A stretch of DNA of 64,000 nt from NCBI GenBank assembly GCA_024704765.1, contig JAKMXF010000326.1:186001-250000 (forward strand), in the 5' to 3' direction. A program made the translations under genes and the position numbers. Under the pieces are notes generated by a model. That model did not search any database. It had not been told where the DNA came from and worked only from the letters and a program-made list of their open reading frames with translations. Source of the DNA: Oopsacas minuta. Taxonomy: Eukaryota; Animalia; Porifera. Positions 13,942 through 27,054 of the stretch are shown one piece after another (the first letter of the stretch is position 1; the number at the start of each line of letters is the position of its first letter).

Positions 13942-16900
13942 CAGGGGCGTACCGTGCGGGGGGGTGTAACACCCCCCATTTTCGCTTATCTGGTCGGTAT
14001 TTCCTGGTCGTCGGTAAAACTGATCGATTAATCTCTAGTTTTTAAATAATTCACTAAAGCTTTAATTAGACTGATAGTCTCTGTCAATATGCCTCCACAA
14101 GAGCGGACAAACCGATTCAAGATTCGATGCCTACTATGTAATGTTGAGATGGAGTTCGATTACAAGACTAAGCACAATTTGAAGTTTCACAAACATTTCC
14201 TTAATACACGCAAGGTAATTCCTTATTCCGTACTCGGTGCACCAAAGAATACTTTCGAAGTAGCGACTGGCACGTCTTCAAAGTTTTCCAAGACCGAATT
14301 AAGTACTGAACGTCTTCAAACGACATCACTTTGTGATGGAGACTCTACATCACTAATGTGTTTAGATGATAGACAGAAACGAAGAAAGATTGACATTAGC
14401 GATATCGAAAACATAATAGTCATGGAAACTTCTCTAGCCCACGATGAAACTAGTAGTTCTTTAGACTGTGGAAGCTTATGTGATGATGGAAGTTGTATTG
14501 AGACGGAGAATGCAACCTGTCCAATGGTAAGTCATTATTAATTATCTCACTCATGAGTCATCCATGATTTTTGGTAGTAGTGGAAGTATTTATTTTTTAT
14601 ATTAATATAGATTGAACAACCACTGAATTCTTCGGCTACCAAAGTAGACTATGAAATAGCTGGCATGGTAGGAGATACCATTGAGTTATTAGAAAAGGGA
14701 AAAGCACTGTACGAATCATTTGAAGGTGAAGGTTACTGTGAAGTTATATTTATGTCGTCAGTTGAAGATTTTGCCTCAGAATTGAATGACAAGTCTCATT
14801 TTCTCCTCAGTTCAACTGAAAAAGCAATCAGTATTCAAGCAGAGAAAGTGAATGTTACGCCCTCGATAACGGCTGGAACTGAATCTTGTGTTATCAGCAA
14901 TGATCCAGCTGAACGTAAAGGAATCCAACTGAATGATCAACAGAAACATTTCCTGATATCCAAGGGATCTTATCAACCACTTTTTAAGGACTACCCGTGT
15001 AATAAAGCGATTTCCAAATCCAAGCAGAATTCATTCAGCTCGAAATGGTACGAGACGTTACCCTATTTAGAATACAGTCCCTCACTGGATAGAGCATTCT
15101 GTTTCGCCTGCAGTTTGTTTGGTAATAACCCACGATCATCATGTACAGAAACAAGCTGGTCACATGATGGAGTCAATCGTTGGGATAAGATGAAAAGCCG
15201 TGGTAAAAACAAAAAAGGTAAACTATTTGAGCACTTTAACAGCTCTTCTCATCGTTTAGCAGCCGAAAGATTGCGAAGTTTTAAGCTGGAAAGCACTCAT
15301 GTAGATGTGGTGATAAGTAGTGCTAGAAAGAAACAGCTTGCACAAGAGGAACAAGAACGTCTACAAAACAGAAAAGTTATAAACGTGCTTTTAGACTGTT
15401 GCCGGTATTTATCAAGACAGGCTCTAGCGTTTCGTGGTAGTGATAATGATATCAATGGAAATTTCAGACAAATAGTCAACCTCGTCTCACGTTGGATTCC
15501 ATTTATGAAAAATTGGATTGTTACTCCCCATTCCCGTCCATACCATGTTACCTACTTAAGTGCCAAATCACAGAATGAGTTTATTAGTATCTTAGGTAGT
15601 GAAACTCGCAAAATTTTAACTGAACAAGTACGTTCATCTGGCGTCTACGCAGTAATGGCCGATACAACGCCTGATATTGGTCACGTGGATCAAATTTCTC
15701 TAATACTTCGTTTCGTTAATGAGCAGTTTCAAATTGAAGAGCGACTTCTTATGATATCAGAGATAAACGACAAAACTGGAGATGGTTTTGCTCAAAAAGT
15801 GATTAAGATGTTGGAAGAATTACAGCTTCCTCTCACAAGTGTACGATTCCAGTGCTATGACACAACTGCTTCTATGTCTGGCGCATATAACGGAGCACAG
15901 GCTAAGTTAAGTGAGCATCTAGGGCGGACAATTCCCTACATAACGTGCATGGGCCATAAAACAAATCTCTGCGTCGAGCATTCGTGTAAAGTATCGTTGA
16001 TGATAGACGAGTTCTTTTTTACATTGTAAGATATATATAACTTTCTGACGAGGAGTACAAGTCGGTTTGGTAAATTGAAAAAGAATATTGAATCTTTGCA
16101 AGAAGGGCTCATAATGAAGAATCTTTCTAAAACGCGTTGGATTGGCAGAGCAGAGTCTATTAGAGCTGTGTGGATCAGCTACGAAATCGTAATTGACACC
16201 CTCGATGACATAAATAATTTTGAGGGCGGTGATCGTGATGCTCGAAGGACTTCAGTGAATCTGTTGGATAGGATCAAGTCATTTGAATTTTATTTAAGCC
16301 TATTATTCATGAAGAACATCATGTATAAAACGAAGATTGTCGTTCTTGAGGTCCAAGAAATTGATCAAGATATCCTAGCAAGCCTAGATGTGATGCGCCA
16401 TACAAGAGATGCAATGCTTCGTATACGTGAAGATAATGTTGGCCTAGATGGCATTATCTCAGCAGCTGCAGATAAATGCAAATCAGTTGGCATTGACGTT
16501 GATTACGAGTTTTTGAAGAAGCATCTTCGGCGAAAACTACCCATACGCTTTCACGAGAACACGGAGAATGCTAGTGCACCAGCACCGCTATTTAACCAGC
16601 ACTACAGACAGGAGATGGTTAAAGTAGTTGACCGTCTAGTTTCAGATATGGAAGAAGTTAACGAATATCTGACAAACATTGTCCTTCCTGTGACCATATT
16701 GCTCCCGAATAATATAGCAAAGTGCACAATGCAACAAGTCGAAAAGTTGTGCGCAACATTCCCTGATGATTTGAATAATCCGGATGCATTGTTAGCAGAA
16801 ATCGAAATGATGGGAAATGACATCGAGAAGAGTGATGCAAAGAATTTACGGGAAGCAGCGAAGTGTCTCCTCGGGTATAAACGTTTTTACCCTACCCTCG

Positions 16901-17442
16901 CAAAAGCTTATCAATTAGCGCTGACGATACCAGTATCTGTTGCAAGTAATGAGCGTTCCTTCAGCACATTAAGGCTGGTAAAAAACTATCTTAGATCAAC
17001 GATGAAAGAAAATCGTCTTGACGACCTAATGATTATATCCTCTGCAAAAGACATTTTGGACAACCTCGACTTAGATAACCTGGCTGGCTCATGGTTCATT
17101 TGCAAGACAAGGAAAATCAAAATTTTGAATAAAGATTCCTTTTTAGAACTTAATAAACCTTAATTATCTTTTACTTGATTACGCAGATTTACACATTTAC
17201 GAGCCGCTTCGCTGGCTCTCGCTGCGCGGTTTGTGAACGCTACGCGTCCGTCTAAGCCGCCCTTCGGGTGGCTCAACAGTATTACTTGCGATACATAAAT
17301 TCGACTCCTGCTCAATCCCTATTTCAGGTCAGGGAATTTGTGAAATATATGATGTATCTGCCTCCACGAATAGAGCATGTAAGTTCGTCGGTAAATCCAT
17401 GAAGTTACACCCCCCACTCAAAATGGTCACGGAACGCCCCTG
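13942..17442 (+). mobile_element. Full-length hAT DNA transposon, 3501 bp
   Basis: 15-bp TIRs caggggcgtaccgtg / caggggcgttccgtg (1 mismatch), perfect 8-bp TSD cagaccgc at 13934-13941 and 17443-17450, subterminal gtgtaacacccccc / gttacacccccc motifs, internal transposase. Confidence 0.97.
14089..17163 (+). pseudogene. hAT transposase (ZMYM1-like: TTF-type Zn finger, DUF4371-type region, C-terminal dimerisation domain); 2 exons, about 996 codons, one premature stop
   Basis: Exon 1 is 14089-14526, followed by a phase-0 GT-AG intron 14527-14610 and exon 2 at 14611-17163. Motifs: FSSKWYETLPYLEYS...FCFAC, LAFRG, MADTTPD, QCYD, CMGH, TRW, SVASNERSFSTLRLVKNYLRSTM. In-frame TAA at 16027-16029, after which the same frame continues. 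Confidence 0.93.
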
Positions 17443-17872
17443 CAGACCGCTAGATATTGGTACAAGAATTAAATACGCTATGAAAATCATTTTTAACTCT
17501 CTTAAACTGATTTTTAAATATTTCTATTGTTGGAAATAAGTCGATTTTTAAAACATAATAATGAACCTACGAAGAAGTGCACATATACTTAGAATGTGCC
17601 ACTTCTGCTGTTTGTGCACAAATGTGAAAATGCTAATAAGTCAACAAGATATGCTTCAAGCAGTTTGAAATATTCAAGCTAGGGTAATACACACCTATAG
17701 AATTCGAATATGCTATTAAAATTACTCCATCTCATTTGAATTATGTACAATTAGAGGTATGATATATGCCTAGCTCATTATCTATTTTATGAGTAAAGTC
17801 AGGCTAGAAAATATGTAATTCGGAAAATATTCACCGAATTTGTCAGAAAATGTTACCTATCCTAGTCAAATA

Positions 17873-18118
17873 CACTGCCTGGCCAAAAGTATTGGTACAC
17901 TGTTTACAACTTGTGCACAAGTGGCATTAGATGAGAATATGTTGAAAGATTCTATGGATATTGCAGAAAGTAGAACAATAACTTGTTATCATTCGTTTTA
18001 CGATGTTTATGTTCAACATTTATTGAAATCATCTTTAGCTTATACAACTATGGTAGCATACCCTTTGTTTCAGGTATTAATTGTGGCAGGGTGTTCCAAT
18101 ACTTTTGGCCAGGCAGTG
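17873..18118. mobile_element. Tc1/mariner-type MITE, 246 bp
   Basis: 28-bp TIRs cactgcctggccaaaagtattgg[t/a]acac (1 mismatch), flanked by TA on both sides. Confidence 0.92.
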
Positions 18119-19017
18119 TAGTTCTTTGAGGGATATTATCGTATGTTTATTTAAATATTCGCCATATTTCCAGGATATACATTGTATATGATGTCCTGTG
18201 GAAGTACTTGTGTTCGATTAGTATATGTTCCCTATTGACGGGCTGTCAAGTGAAGTCATTTGAAATTATTTCACCTGAAGAGACGGGTTCCTATTTATAG
18301 ATTTGAATGAGTTGTATTGCCAACAGTAATGAGTTGAATGAGTTAATATTCAACTTATTGAATGAATTAAATCAGTCTGAAGAGTTGTAAATTATGTAAT
18401 AGATCCAAATCATTTTCTTAAATGGGATGATTAGATCTCCTCGTATTTTTGAATTAGATTGTAAAACCGAAGTTCTAAAGGTCCAATCAAGCCCAAACGT
18501 TTCAATCACTTCCTTATAGACTATGTGGTATATGCGAAATTCTTCGTGGATTGTGAGAGAGATATTAGTATTAGATATAAGATGTACTGTCAACAGCACT
18601 TATCTTTGGCAACCTTGGTCAAGTTAGGTCACGTTTGGTCTAATTAGATCAATTACCCAGAGTAGATCAACTTGACCGAAGGATAAGGTGCCACCCAGGA
18701 ACCTATTTTGTGATAGGGATCAAAGATTTGGTGGGATATTGATATATTAGAACCTAGGCTGCTGGGATATTTGTATATTGCAACCTAAGTCGATTCTTAG
18801 AAAATACAAAAAGCTATTTGCATCAAATGGATGTGTTATACATTACTGAAAGGAGAGATCTGATACAATAGGTGTGAATGTAGGAAAAAAGCTTAATAAT
18901 TATCGAATTAGAGAAAATACCTATTTTAACAATCTGAGCATGCGCCAAAACACCCAATAAATCAATCAGTAGGTAGTGTGCATCAGAACAACATCTGGAA
19001 ACCTTAACACAAATCGG

Positions 19018-19052
19018 AGAAAATATCTGAAATATCTGAAATATCTGAAATA
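19018..19052. repeat. Short tandem repeat (AAATATCTG)x3
   Basis: aaatatctgaaatatctgaaatatctgaaatag read directly. Confidence 0.85.
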
Positions 19053-20399
19053 GAATCTAAATTTTGACCCAGTTACATCAAAATTATCTGCGAACTTTGG
19101 TCCCAGGAACATTTTTCCACATGGTAAATTTGCCCTAGGACCAAATGTCGGATCAAAATTTTGGAACCAATTTACCAATAACAGGCTTCTTAGTTCAGCC
19201 GTAGCAACTATTAAGCCCTTTAGAAGTATTTTTACGTTATTCATGGGCGCTAATCTAAACACAGTAGTCGCGCCATCTAGATGATCTTTCTTTTCCATAC
19301 ATATCTTGTTAAATTAATCTTTGCAACCACTATGCCATTTGGAATGTATTACTACCTAATGCATGGTGTGGTTGTCTAATCTTAGAAATCACTATGCCAT
19401 TTAAAATATATTTCTATATTACGTAACTAACTTGGAAGACACCTATACTAACTTATATGTACCTGAATTTTGGATTATCGGAGTATCCATAATCTCCTAA
19501 GTACTCCGTTTTTCAATGTTAGATAATTCTCATGAAAGATCCACTCCAATTCAGAAACAAATCAAATTTCGAAAGATATCACAATTCCAATATCGAAAGA
19601 TATTAAAATTTCAGGGCAAATTCCAATCTCGACATATTACTACATCAAATGCACTTATTATAACCACCCTGTGCAGAATTCCCATCTTCTAAACCAATGG
19701 GAATTTCCGAAAATTTAAATACGTTAAAACCACATTACGAAAGTCTACCTACAATGAAGTAACTATGCGTTCACTATATTTTGTACATTGTTTTGGTTCC
19801 TTCATGCGGGAGCTTCATAAATTTGCCACCATTTTTTGATATGCCACGCCCGATCGAGCATATGGCGCAATCATACCTCGATAAAATCGAAGACATAGTA
19901 AATATTGCTGTCTAAGAATCTATACTAGGTGCCGCTGATGAATTGGACCTAAGAGAGGATTCCACGCTATCACCAATCCCAAATTTACTCAATATCTTTA
20001 TGACTTATGTAGATCTTGGAAACACTGAGGCTTTTAATCTAACGTGAGTTTAGGTCAGCTAGTTTTGCCAGCACTAAAAAGGTTTAAAAAGATATATGTA
20101 CTCTACAATCGTATTGTGAGAAATGTAACAAATGATCTACTGAGTACAAAAATCAACATCCTGAAGAATACAGGATTAGTATGACAGCCATAAAGACAGT
20201 TTCATGAAAGGTTTTTAGTGAATCTAGTCAATAAATGGAGGCTGAAGCAGCTAAAGTGTGAGGCAGATCTTTTGTAAAAGCGCCACATTCATTGTCGACG
20301 GAGATTCTAAATGTTACACAGGTTTCTTCCATGAATCCATATAACTTTCTCCTCATCCATAAAGAAGAATGTACGTTGCATACTTCCAAAAGATTAAAG

Positions 20400-22270
20400 A
20401 AGACTCTCTGCAAAATCAAGAAAAACATAAAAATCAATCATAAGTTCATAGCAAACTTTCTGAGCCAAAAGTTGACTACATATTATCCAATTATTTCGAC
20501 CCTTGCTTACAAATAGGGCAAGTCACTCGCCGAGAAGCTGAGACCTATGAAAAGAGAGCTATTCGTTTTGAGAAACAAAAGAGAAACAGATATAACTGAG
20601 AGCGGTTCAATCTGATCAAGAGCATGACAGGTGCCACAAATATCAGTGTGCACACTAAGACACTCGGAGACAAAATGAGATCCAAGAAGACAGCTGACCG
20701 GTCGGACCATAACGAGGACATAAAGTTAAGCACAGAGAGATCGAGTCTGAAGCTGAAAGAGCCAGGCGCCCAGAAGGCAAAAGAAAATACAAGGCTTCTT
20801 CAAAGAAAACGAGACTGAAGGTGAGTGGAAGGTTCGTTTGCAATTACAGAAATTTGTATACTCAAAGAAGTAAATCACCACAATCTAAGAGCCATCTGAA
20901 AATTGCTTCTGGAGTAAGTTACAGTTTAGTCGATAAACAAACAATGGGTAGCATGACCTATAATTGTTCATTCTGTGACACTTAACTTAGGGAGGGAGAA
21001 AAGTTGTATAACTCCATTAGCTTCTAGGCACCATCTTACATCTAATGATACCAGAGGAAAGGTTTGAAGAATCATACAAAATCATACAACTCACGTCTGG
21101 CATTCTGTTCCCTTGAGGGAATATTGACAAAAAATTGGCGGACGCTAGGTGTGGAGTATAAACATTTTTCATTCAAGGAGTTGTATATCATTACATTGGA
21201 AGTTTGTTTGCAAATCATGACGAGATACCTGCTGTTGCACAAATCAATATTAACGACGGTACCGAAGAAGCTGAAGTTGAAATTCGATATCTGGAGGCAA
21301 AACTTCCTGAGATGTAGCTCGTGCAGCGTATGCTACCTCAAGTCTGTCAGTGTGTTTCTTACTTCAATAAACAGTTGATCTGATCAGAGAAGGGGGCAGA
21401 ATTGATATCAAGATGGCCCTCCGAGCTGCTAGCAGCCCAGATCCCCGCCGAAACAACCTTCCTAGTGCTCTGGAAATAGCAGTACTACTTCATGGCTCAA
21501 GATAATCCGAAGCTGTAGGGGACAGTGATATACGCTGCATGCTTATGGTGGCTGTATCAAACGTATAACAGAAACTCATTGGGCTTATGATTCTCTACAC
21601 TATGTTCTGTTCTTTCCAGAAGGAAGTCATGGCTGGGTGAAGGAACTGTTACTGCACTGGAGTTCTACATCTACCGGTTGATGATTAGGCCCGGCGCTAA
21701 CCACCTGCATCACTCTGGAAGACTTTTCCATCAGTGCATCGTAGACATGTAAAACAAGATTGTACAACAGAGACTAAACTATATCAAGCTAAATCAACAT
21801 AAGATACGAGTTGATCTCTAGAGCGGATTAGCTAATGCTGTAACGACAGTTAACACCAACGCAAAAGACTATGAGCGACTGTTATTCTTCCATCAAGTTT
21901 CACTAACTCTCCAAGACATGTTTCAACTTTATCAAGATCCAATGACAATAGTTCGAAATACCATAAGCCCGATTTGTTAATGAATTTTAACTGCAACCCA
22001 TTTTGGGATAATACTTTGAATCTTTTCCCCGATCAAAAAGCTACCGATCGACCAGATTTAATTGTAAGGGTCTTCAAACTTATGGTAAAAGAATAACTAA
22101 ATGGCACCCTGAAGAATCACATCCTAGGCCGACCTCTAGCTTATGTATACATAATTTCAGAAGCGTGTTCTCCCGCATGGACATATACTGCTTATTTTAG
22201 CTGATGATTGTAAGCGGTATGATTCATCTAATTATGATTAAATTGTGTTCGCTGAAATTCCCAATAAGAC
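20400..22270 (+). mobile_element. Helitron RepHel remnant, 5' half (charged N-terminus, Zn finger, Rep motifs 1-2)
   Basis: MGSMTYNCSFC; SYNSRLAFCSL; IRVDL*SGLANAV; PSSFTNSPRHMFQLYQDPMTIVR; KPDLL; RPDLIVRVFKL; RVLPHGHILLIL (HUH motif). Heavily frameshifted. Confidence 0.88.
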
Positions 22271-22908
22271 TCGATTATGACCAAGATGACCATATGTGAG
22301 AATTTCAATTTAGAAAACTTCCATTCCCGAGGTGCAAATCTCCGACAAAATATGTTACCAATTTCATGTTAATCGGACTGCTAGATTTCGCACGGCATCG
22401 CGAATGAACTTCATACACTGTTCATGCCATTAGGCATCTCCATATAGGAGCTACACTAATAATAAAAGGGATTAATATACTTTAGTCGTAAGTTGCGAAA
22501 AGTGATACGGCCATTCAGTTTTATCAGAGAATTTCTTAGAAATTGTTTGAACATGAACCATCTGGCATGCAAGAAGCTCCTCTCTTAGCTATACTATAGG
22601 GACCATGTATGATGCAATGTTTTCTATCTCATAACTTTTTGGTGATTCATATTTTCACACCTTCAGTGGAGTATTCAAATTATGCTAGAGATGAATTTAA
22701 GATTGGCCACAAAAGCTAGAATTCCTAAATAGTAGTAAAGTACAACTTCAATCAGTGGGGTCTATTGCGTAGGATTTTGACCCGCAAGTAGCAATTCCAA
22801 ATCAATTAATATCAACCTTTCATCCCTAGTCAGTGGTCATTGAGCATTCGTATTTATACTTGTGTGACTTCCTAAATGCACACACCAACATTTTACTTTG
22901 TTTCTAGA

Positions 22909-24450
22909 TTTCAACATTAACTCTTATATTTACCTTTGACATTTTTCATCATGGATGCGACAAAGCATGAAGCATTCGTGGATACCTCCAGACGAATATT
23001 ATCCCACCAGAAATCAAAAGAGATCGCTAAAGAAAAGAAGAATTTGTCAGAAAGTGCAAGGGGATTTACTTTCAAGAGAATAAGCTAATGAAGGTATATT
23101 CTTGAATGATATTTTTTATTTATACATATTTCCGGGACATAATTAGAAATCTTGAGGAACTATAACTAATTGACTCAGCCCATGATTACGTACATATAAA
23201 ACTAGCTGTGTTCTGTATTGATTCGATTAATACGTAATAGCAATCCTACATTTCACATATTTATTATGTATTTAGACTCATTGGATGATATATTGAACCT
23301 GGATACAATGGAAGAAACATTTAAAACACTGCAACAACACTCAATCTATGAAAATATCGACTCTGAGCTACTTCAATTGAAACCTCGAATACTATCAGCC
23401 CTTGTCAATAACACCTACTTAACCCAACTACATGAAAACTCGCTACAAAAGCTGCATCTCTAAGTTCATTGAATTTACTATATTCTTACCATTCACCCAA
23501 CGAACTAAATTTTTAGATTAAGGATAAACTTGCTGTATCAGCCGGTAATTGGTACACAGAATATCGTTCCTCCTATCCTACTGAAATACCTGAAGAGACA
23601 CGAAGAGATCTTGACTATCCAATTGCTGTTCTATTACCAGTAATAATTGAGTTAATATTCCCAACTGAGCATGTTCATGAGATCATTGAATACCAGAACA
23701 ATCTATACAAAATTCATCAGATCTTATCCCATATCCTAAATGGAGAGGAGAGTATAACAACATCGTGCAATCTAACACCTGTTCTATCGACAATATATTG
23801 GCTATTTTTAGTTCGAATAAAGCAACTATCATAGGCTCACTGAAGTTAATCGAAAGTACACATATTGAAGCTAAATTCCACTACATATTCCAATTGGCTG
23901 CTAATTGTGAATTTGGGAAACTTCGAGAATATGGTGCTACTAAAATTGGGCTTGAAGTTATTTATGATTCCTCAGGATTGATACGGTCTTACGATTTCTT
24001 TGGATCAGAGGGTAACATCATCAAATGTTTACGAACTGAAGATTTGTGTAACGACAAATATTTCACTATCTTCCAATGCCACCAATGCACTAATATCTTT
24101 GAGACACAATCCATGATTAGTAATATAGGAGGCGTTATTAAAACCTGGAATCATCTGTTAATCGAAGTCTCGTTCCTATTAAATGCACGTCTTGTGGATC
24201 AACTACTGCTGTCTTAGAGAGGATATCTGGTCAATTCAAGTCAATACCTGTCATGCTAACAATTGAAATCGGACATCTACCCGAATTGCCAGACATTTTG
24301 GCAAGTGATATTGACAAACACTCCACCATCATTCACACCAAAGGACACTTCACTACCAACTTGCTGGCTTTAGTATATTGAGTAATAGACACTTCTATTC
24401 AATCCTTTACCAAAACGGGCAATTCTATAAATATGACAGAATGAGAGAAC
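22909..24450 (+). pseudogene. Decayed spliced gene or TE ORF ending in a USP-like (papain-fold) cysteine-protease domain
   Basis: Cys box QSNTCSIDNIL (23765-), Zn knuckles CHQC and, after a frameshift, CTSC, then PVMLTIE, His box HTKGHFT (about 24335-24355) and FYKYD (about 24420-24440). Splice-like junctions at 22909 and about 23517. Confidence 0.5.
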
Positions 24451-25742
24451 CAATTATCCGACTTTGTGACTGTGACAATTTCATCGGATCACTCAATACT
24501 GTATTCTACCTCTGGCACTCTTCTGACTAATTCTTAGCGATTCACAACTCTTTTCCATCATTCGAAAGCGCTCAAAGGCAAGGTACATCGAACCTTGTGG
24601 GGACCTCTGCCCGAGGTTATTCAGGCAACGCAATCCCTATCATGGTGAGCCCAGATAATGGAAACGCGACCTGCAACAGCACATCCCCAGTGGCGAATAT
24701 CATCACTCTACCATCTAAGTATATTGCGAGAAAGGCAGCGCAACTGACGAGTCTACGCCGAGACGAAATACAGCATGGAATCAGATACAAGCGAGTTTCT
24801 TATCTATTTTTTATTTTTTATGTCTCCTTGTCTGTGGTCGTTCGGGGTCCGTTAGCTCCTCGCGTGTCTGTTAAATTACGATTTATTGTACGTATTCGTT
24901 TATGTTGCAGCTTAGAACCAAATTTGGTGTGATCGTAATCACATTAAACTCGCTCCAACACTGCACACATAAACAAGGTGAGGTTAACGTTAAACGTTTA
25001 GCGTTATGGGTGGCTGTAAGGGGAAGGAGGAGGCCACCGCAGCTGACTTGTTTAGTTTATAGAAATCTAGTGTTTTCCAGGAGTATGCAGCGTGCCAGAG
25101 ACTTGCGGTTTTCACCTCAACTCTATATGTGTACCAACCTTATACCAAGACTCCCGTAACAAATGCATAGTCTACGCTTGTCCAATGGATGACATATTTC
25201 AGTGGTATATTCCTTAAAGCTTGTTAGGAAGTATAGAGAAATGGGCAAAGATGAACTCACCTACAATTCGTACTTAAGATATTCCGAATATTCATTATCA
25301 TGCTAATGCTTGTAAAATTTTTGTTATTTGATAGAATGTATTGCAATATATAGATTTAACATGTTAAATTATATTGTTTATTATGAGTTATTAAATACAA
25401 TTATCAAATACCTACCACCTTCAGTCCAAGTAATATTATCACAAAATATTTATATACACTGTCTATTTTTGGCATTTTGGATAATTAAACATATTATAAA
25501 TTTGTTATACGTAGTGGGAACATAGTTTACATGTCATCAAACAAATTCACTACTTTCTAGAATCCGACTCTAAATTGACTTGTTTATTCAGTTACGTATA
25601 CATATAGCAAGTCTAAAGTTGAATTACTTTACGTACATTTAGTGGTAATTAGGTAATGAAAGTGTATGGAATTCGATAAAGTCAAATGATAGGGAAGTAA
25701 GATTACTTCAGAGTCAAAATCCTACGACAATAATACATTATA

Positions 25743-25792
25743 TGCGGGTAAGAATCCTACGACCATAATACATCGTAGGATTTTGACCCGCA
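25743..25792. mobile_element. 50-bp mini-MITE (TGCGGG...CCCGCA ends)
   Basis: 20-bp TIRs tgcgggtaagaatcctacga / tgcgggtcaaaatcctacga around a 10-bp loop. A partial tandem copy lies at about 25710-25740 and a solo end (cgtaggattttgacccgca) at about 22768-22787. Confidence 0.7.
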
Positions 25793-26887
25793 CCATGGAT
25801 ATGCTATTGAGATTTTGTATTGCGGGCCAAAGTCCTACACAACAGGTCTCTATAATTGGGGACACATCTAGAATTGGGGCAATATTGGGTCCACTCTGTT
25901 CACTTCTATTAAAATCGGGGAATTCGACGAAAATTTCTGGATTTATTTTGTGCTAAATTGTAAAATGAACGCATTTATGACTTTGATCAATAGAAATCTA
26001 TTCTAAAGAAAACTTTACTATCATTGAATACACACGAAGAGCTCTGGTTAAAGGACATTCTCAGTTGAAATTGCACATTATTCTCCATCCCGACCTCCTT
26101 CACTTAAGAGTTTGGCTGCACAAAGTTATGAATTATATACATGCTAAATTAACATATTTCATCGATGCACAAATACCTTTTATAGAATTCTTCAAAATTC
26201 TCAAATATGTTTGTATTCTGATGTCTTCTATCATTTCTTGAAATATTATTTACAGTACAGTCAACTTCCGTTATAGAAGCACCCAGGATGACCGTGCCAC
26301 ATTTATGAACCTGCTACGACCCTGAGTAGGAGTAGGATAGATAAAACTACACAATGGTTATTAGTACCTGATAATTCGTTTTGCTTAAGTATAGTGCTCA
26401 TATTAATGTTGAAATTTGTAGTACCGTTAGGGCAGTAAAATACCTGTGCAACTATGTTTATGAGGGCTATGATAGAACAATTACTTGTTTCCAAGCGGGT
26501 GAGATTGCTGGAAATGATCATAGCAACATGTAGATGAAGTATCGAATTTCTTGAGACGATAAATATTTCTGTGTGTGGGGCTTGTTATATGATATTCTCT
26601 TAAGAACTTCATTCCAACTTCCCTTATGTAATTAGGTTAGTGGTGCATCTTGAGAACCAACATATTACACTTATGACAAGGTTCGTTTCCAGAGTAATCG
26701 TCTTGGGTTTAACTAGCAGTGGTATTGCAACACTCCTTCTGCCAGGTAGCTACACTGTCCACTCACCAGGTTGAAAATTCTCATTGACTTCAATAAATTA
26801 TCGGTATGCATCTCCAAACTAATGTTTTTGGTACAGTTGATCAAACAAACAGATCTTCTGGCGTTGGATGAGGCCTGAATGTATGTA

Positions 26888-27054
26888 CAGTAGAACCTCG
26901 TTAATACGTACATCAGGGACTGTCGAGAATTGTACTCTTTATCCGAAGTACGTATTAACAGGAGCAAAAACAAGGGAATGTCCATTGTACGGGCTAAAAT
27001 TGTGTAAAATTCTGTTCGTCTTAACCGGAAATTCGTATTAACGAGGTTTCACTG
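26888..27054. mobile_element. pogo/Tigger-like MITE, 167 bp
   Basis: TA|cagtagaacctcgttaatacg ... cgtattaacgaggtttcactg|TA. Confidence 0.88.

Noticed and set aside
18966-19298. 110-aa ORF with FRYFRYFRY repeat
   Set aside because: The repeat is the translation of a 9-bp tandem repeat, with no domain evidence.
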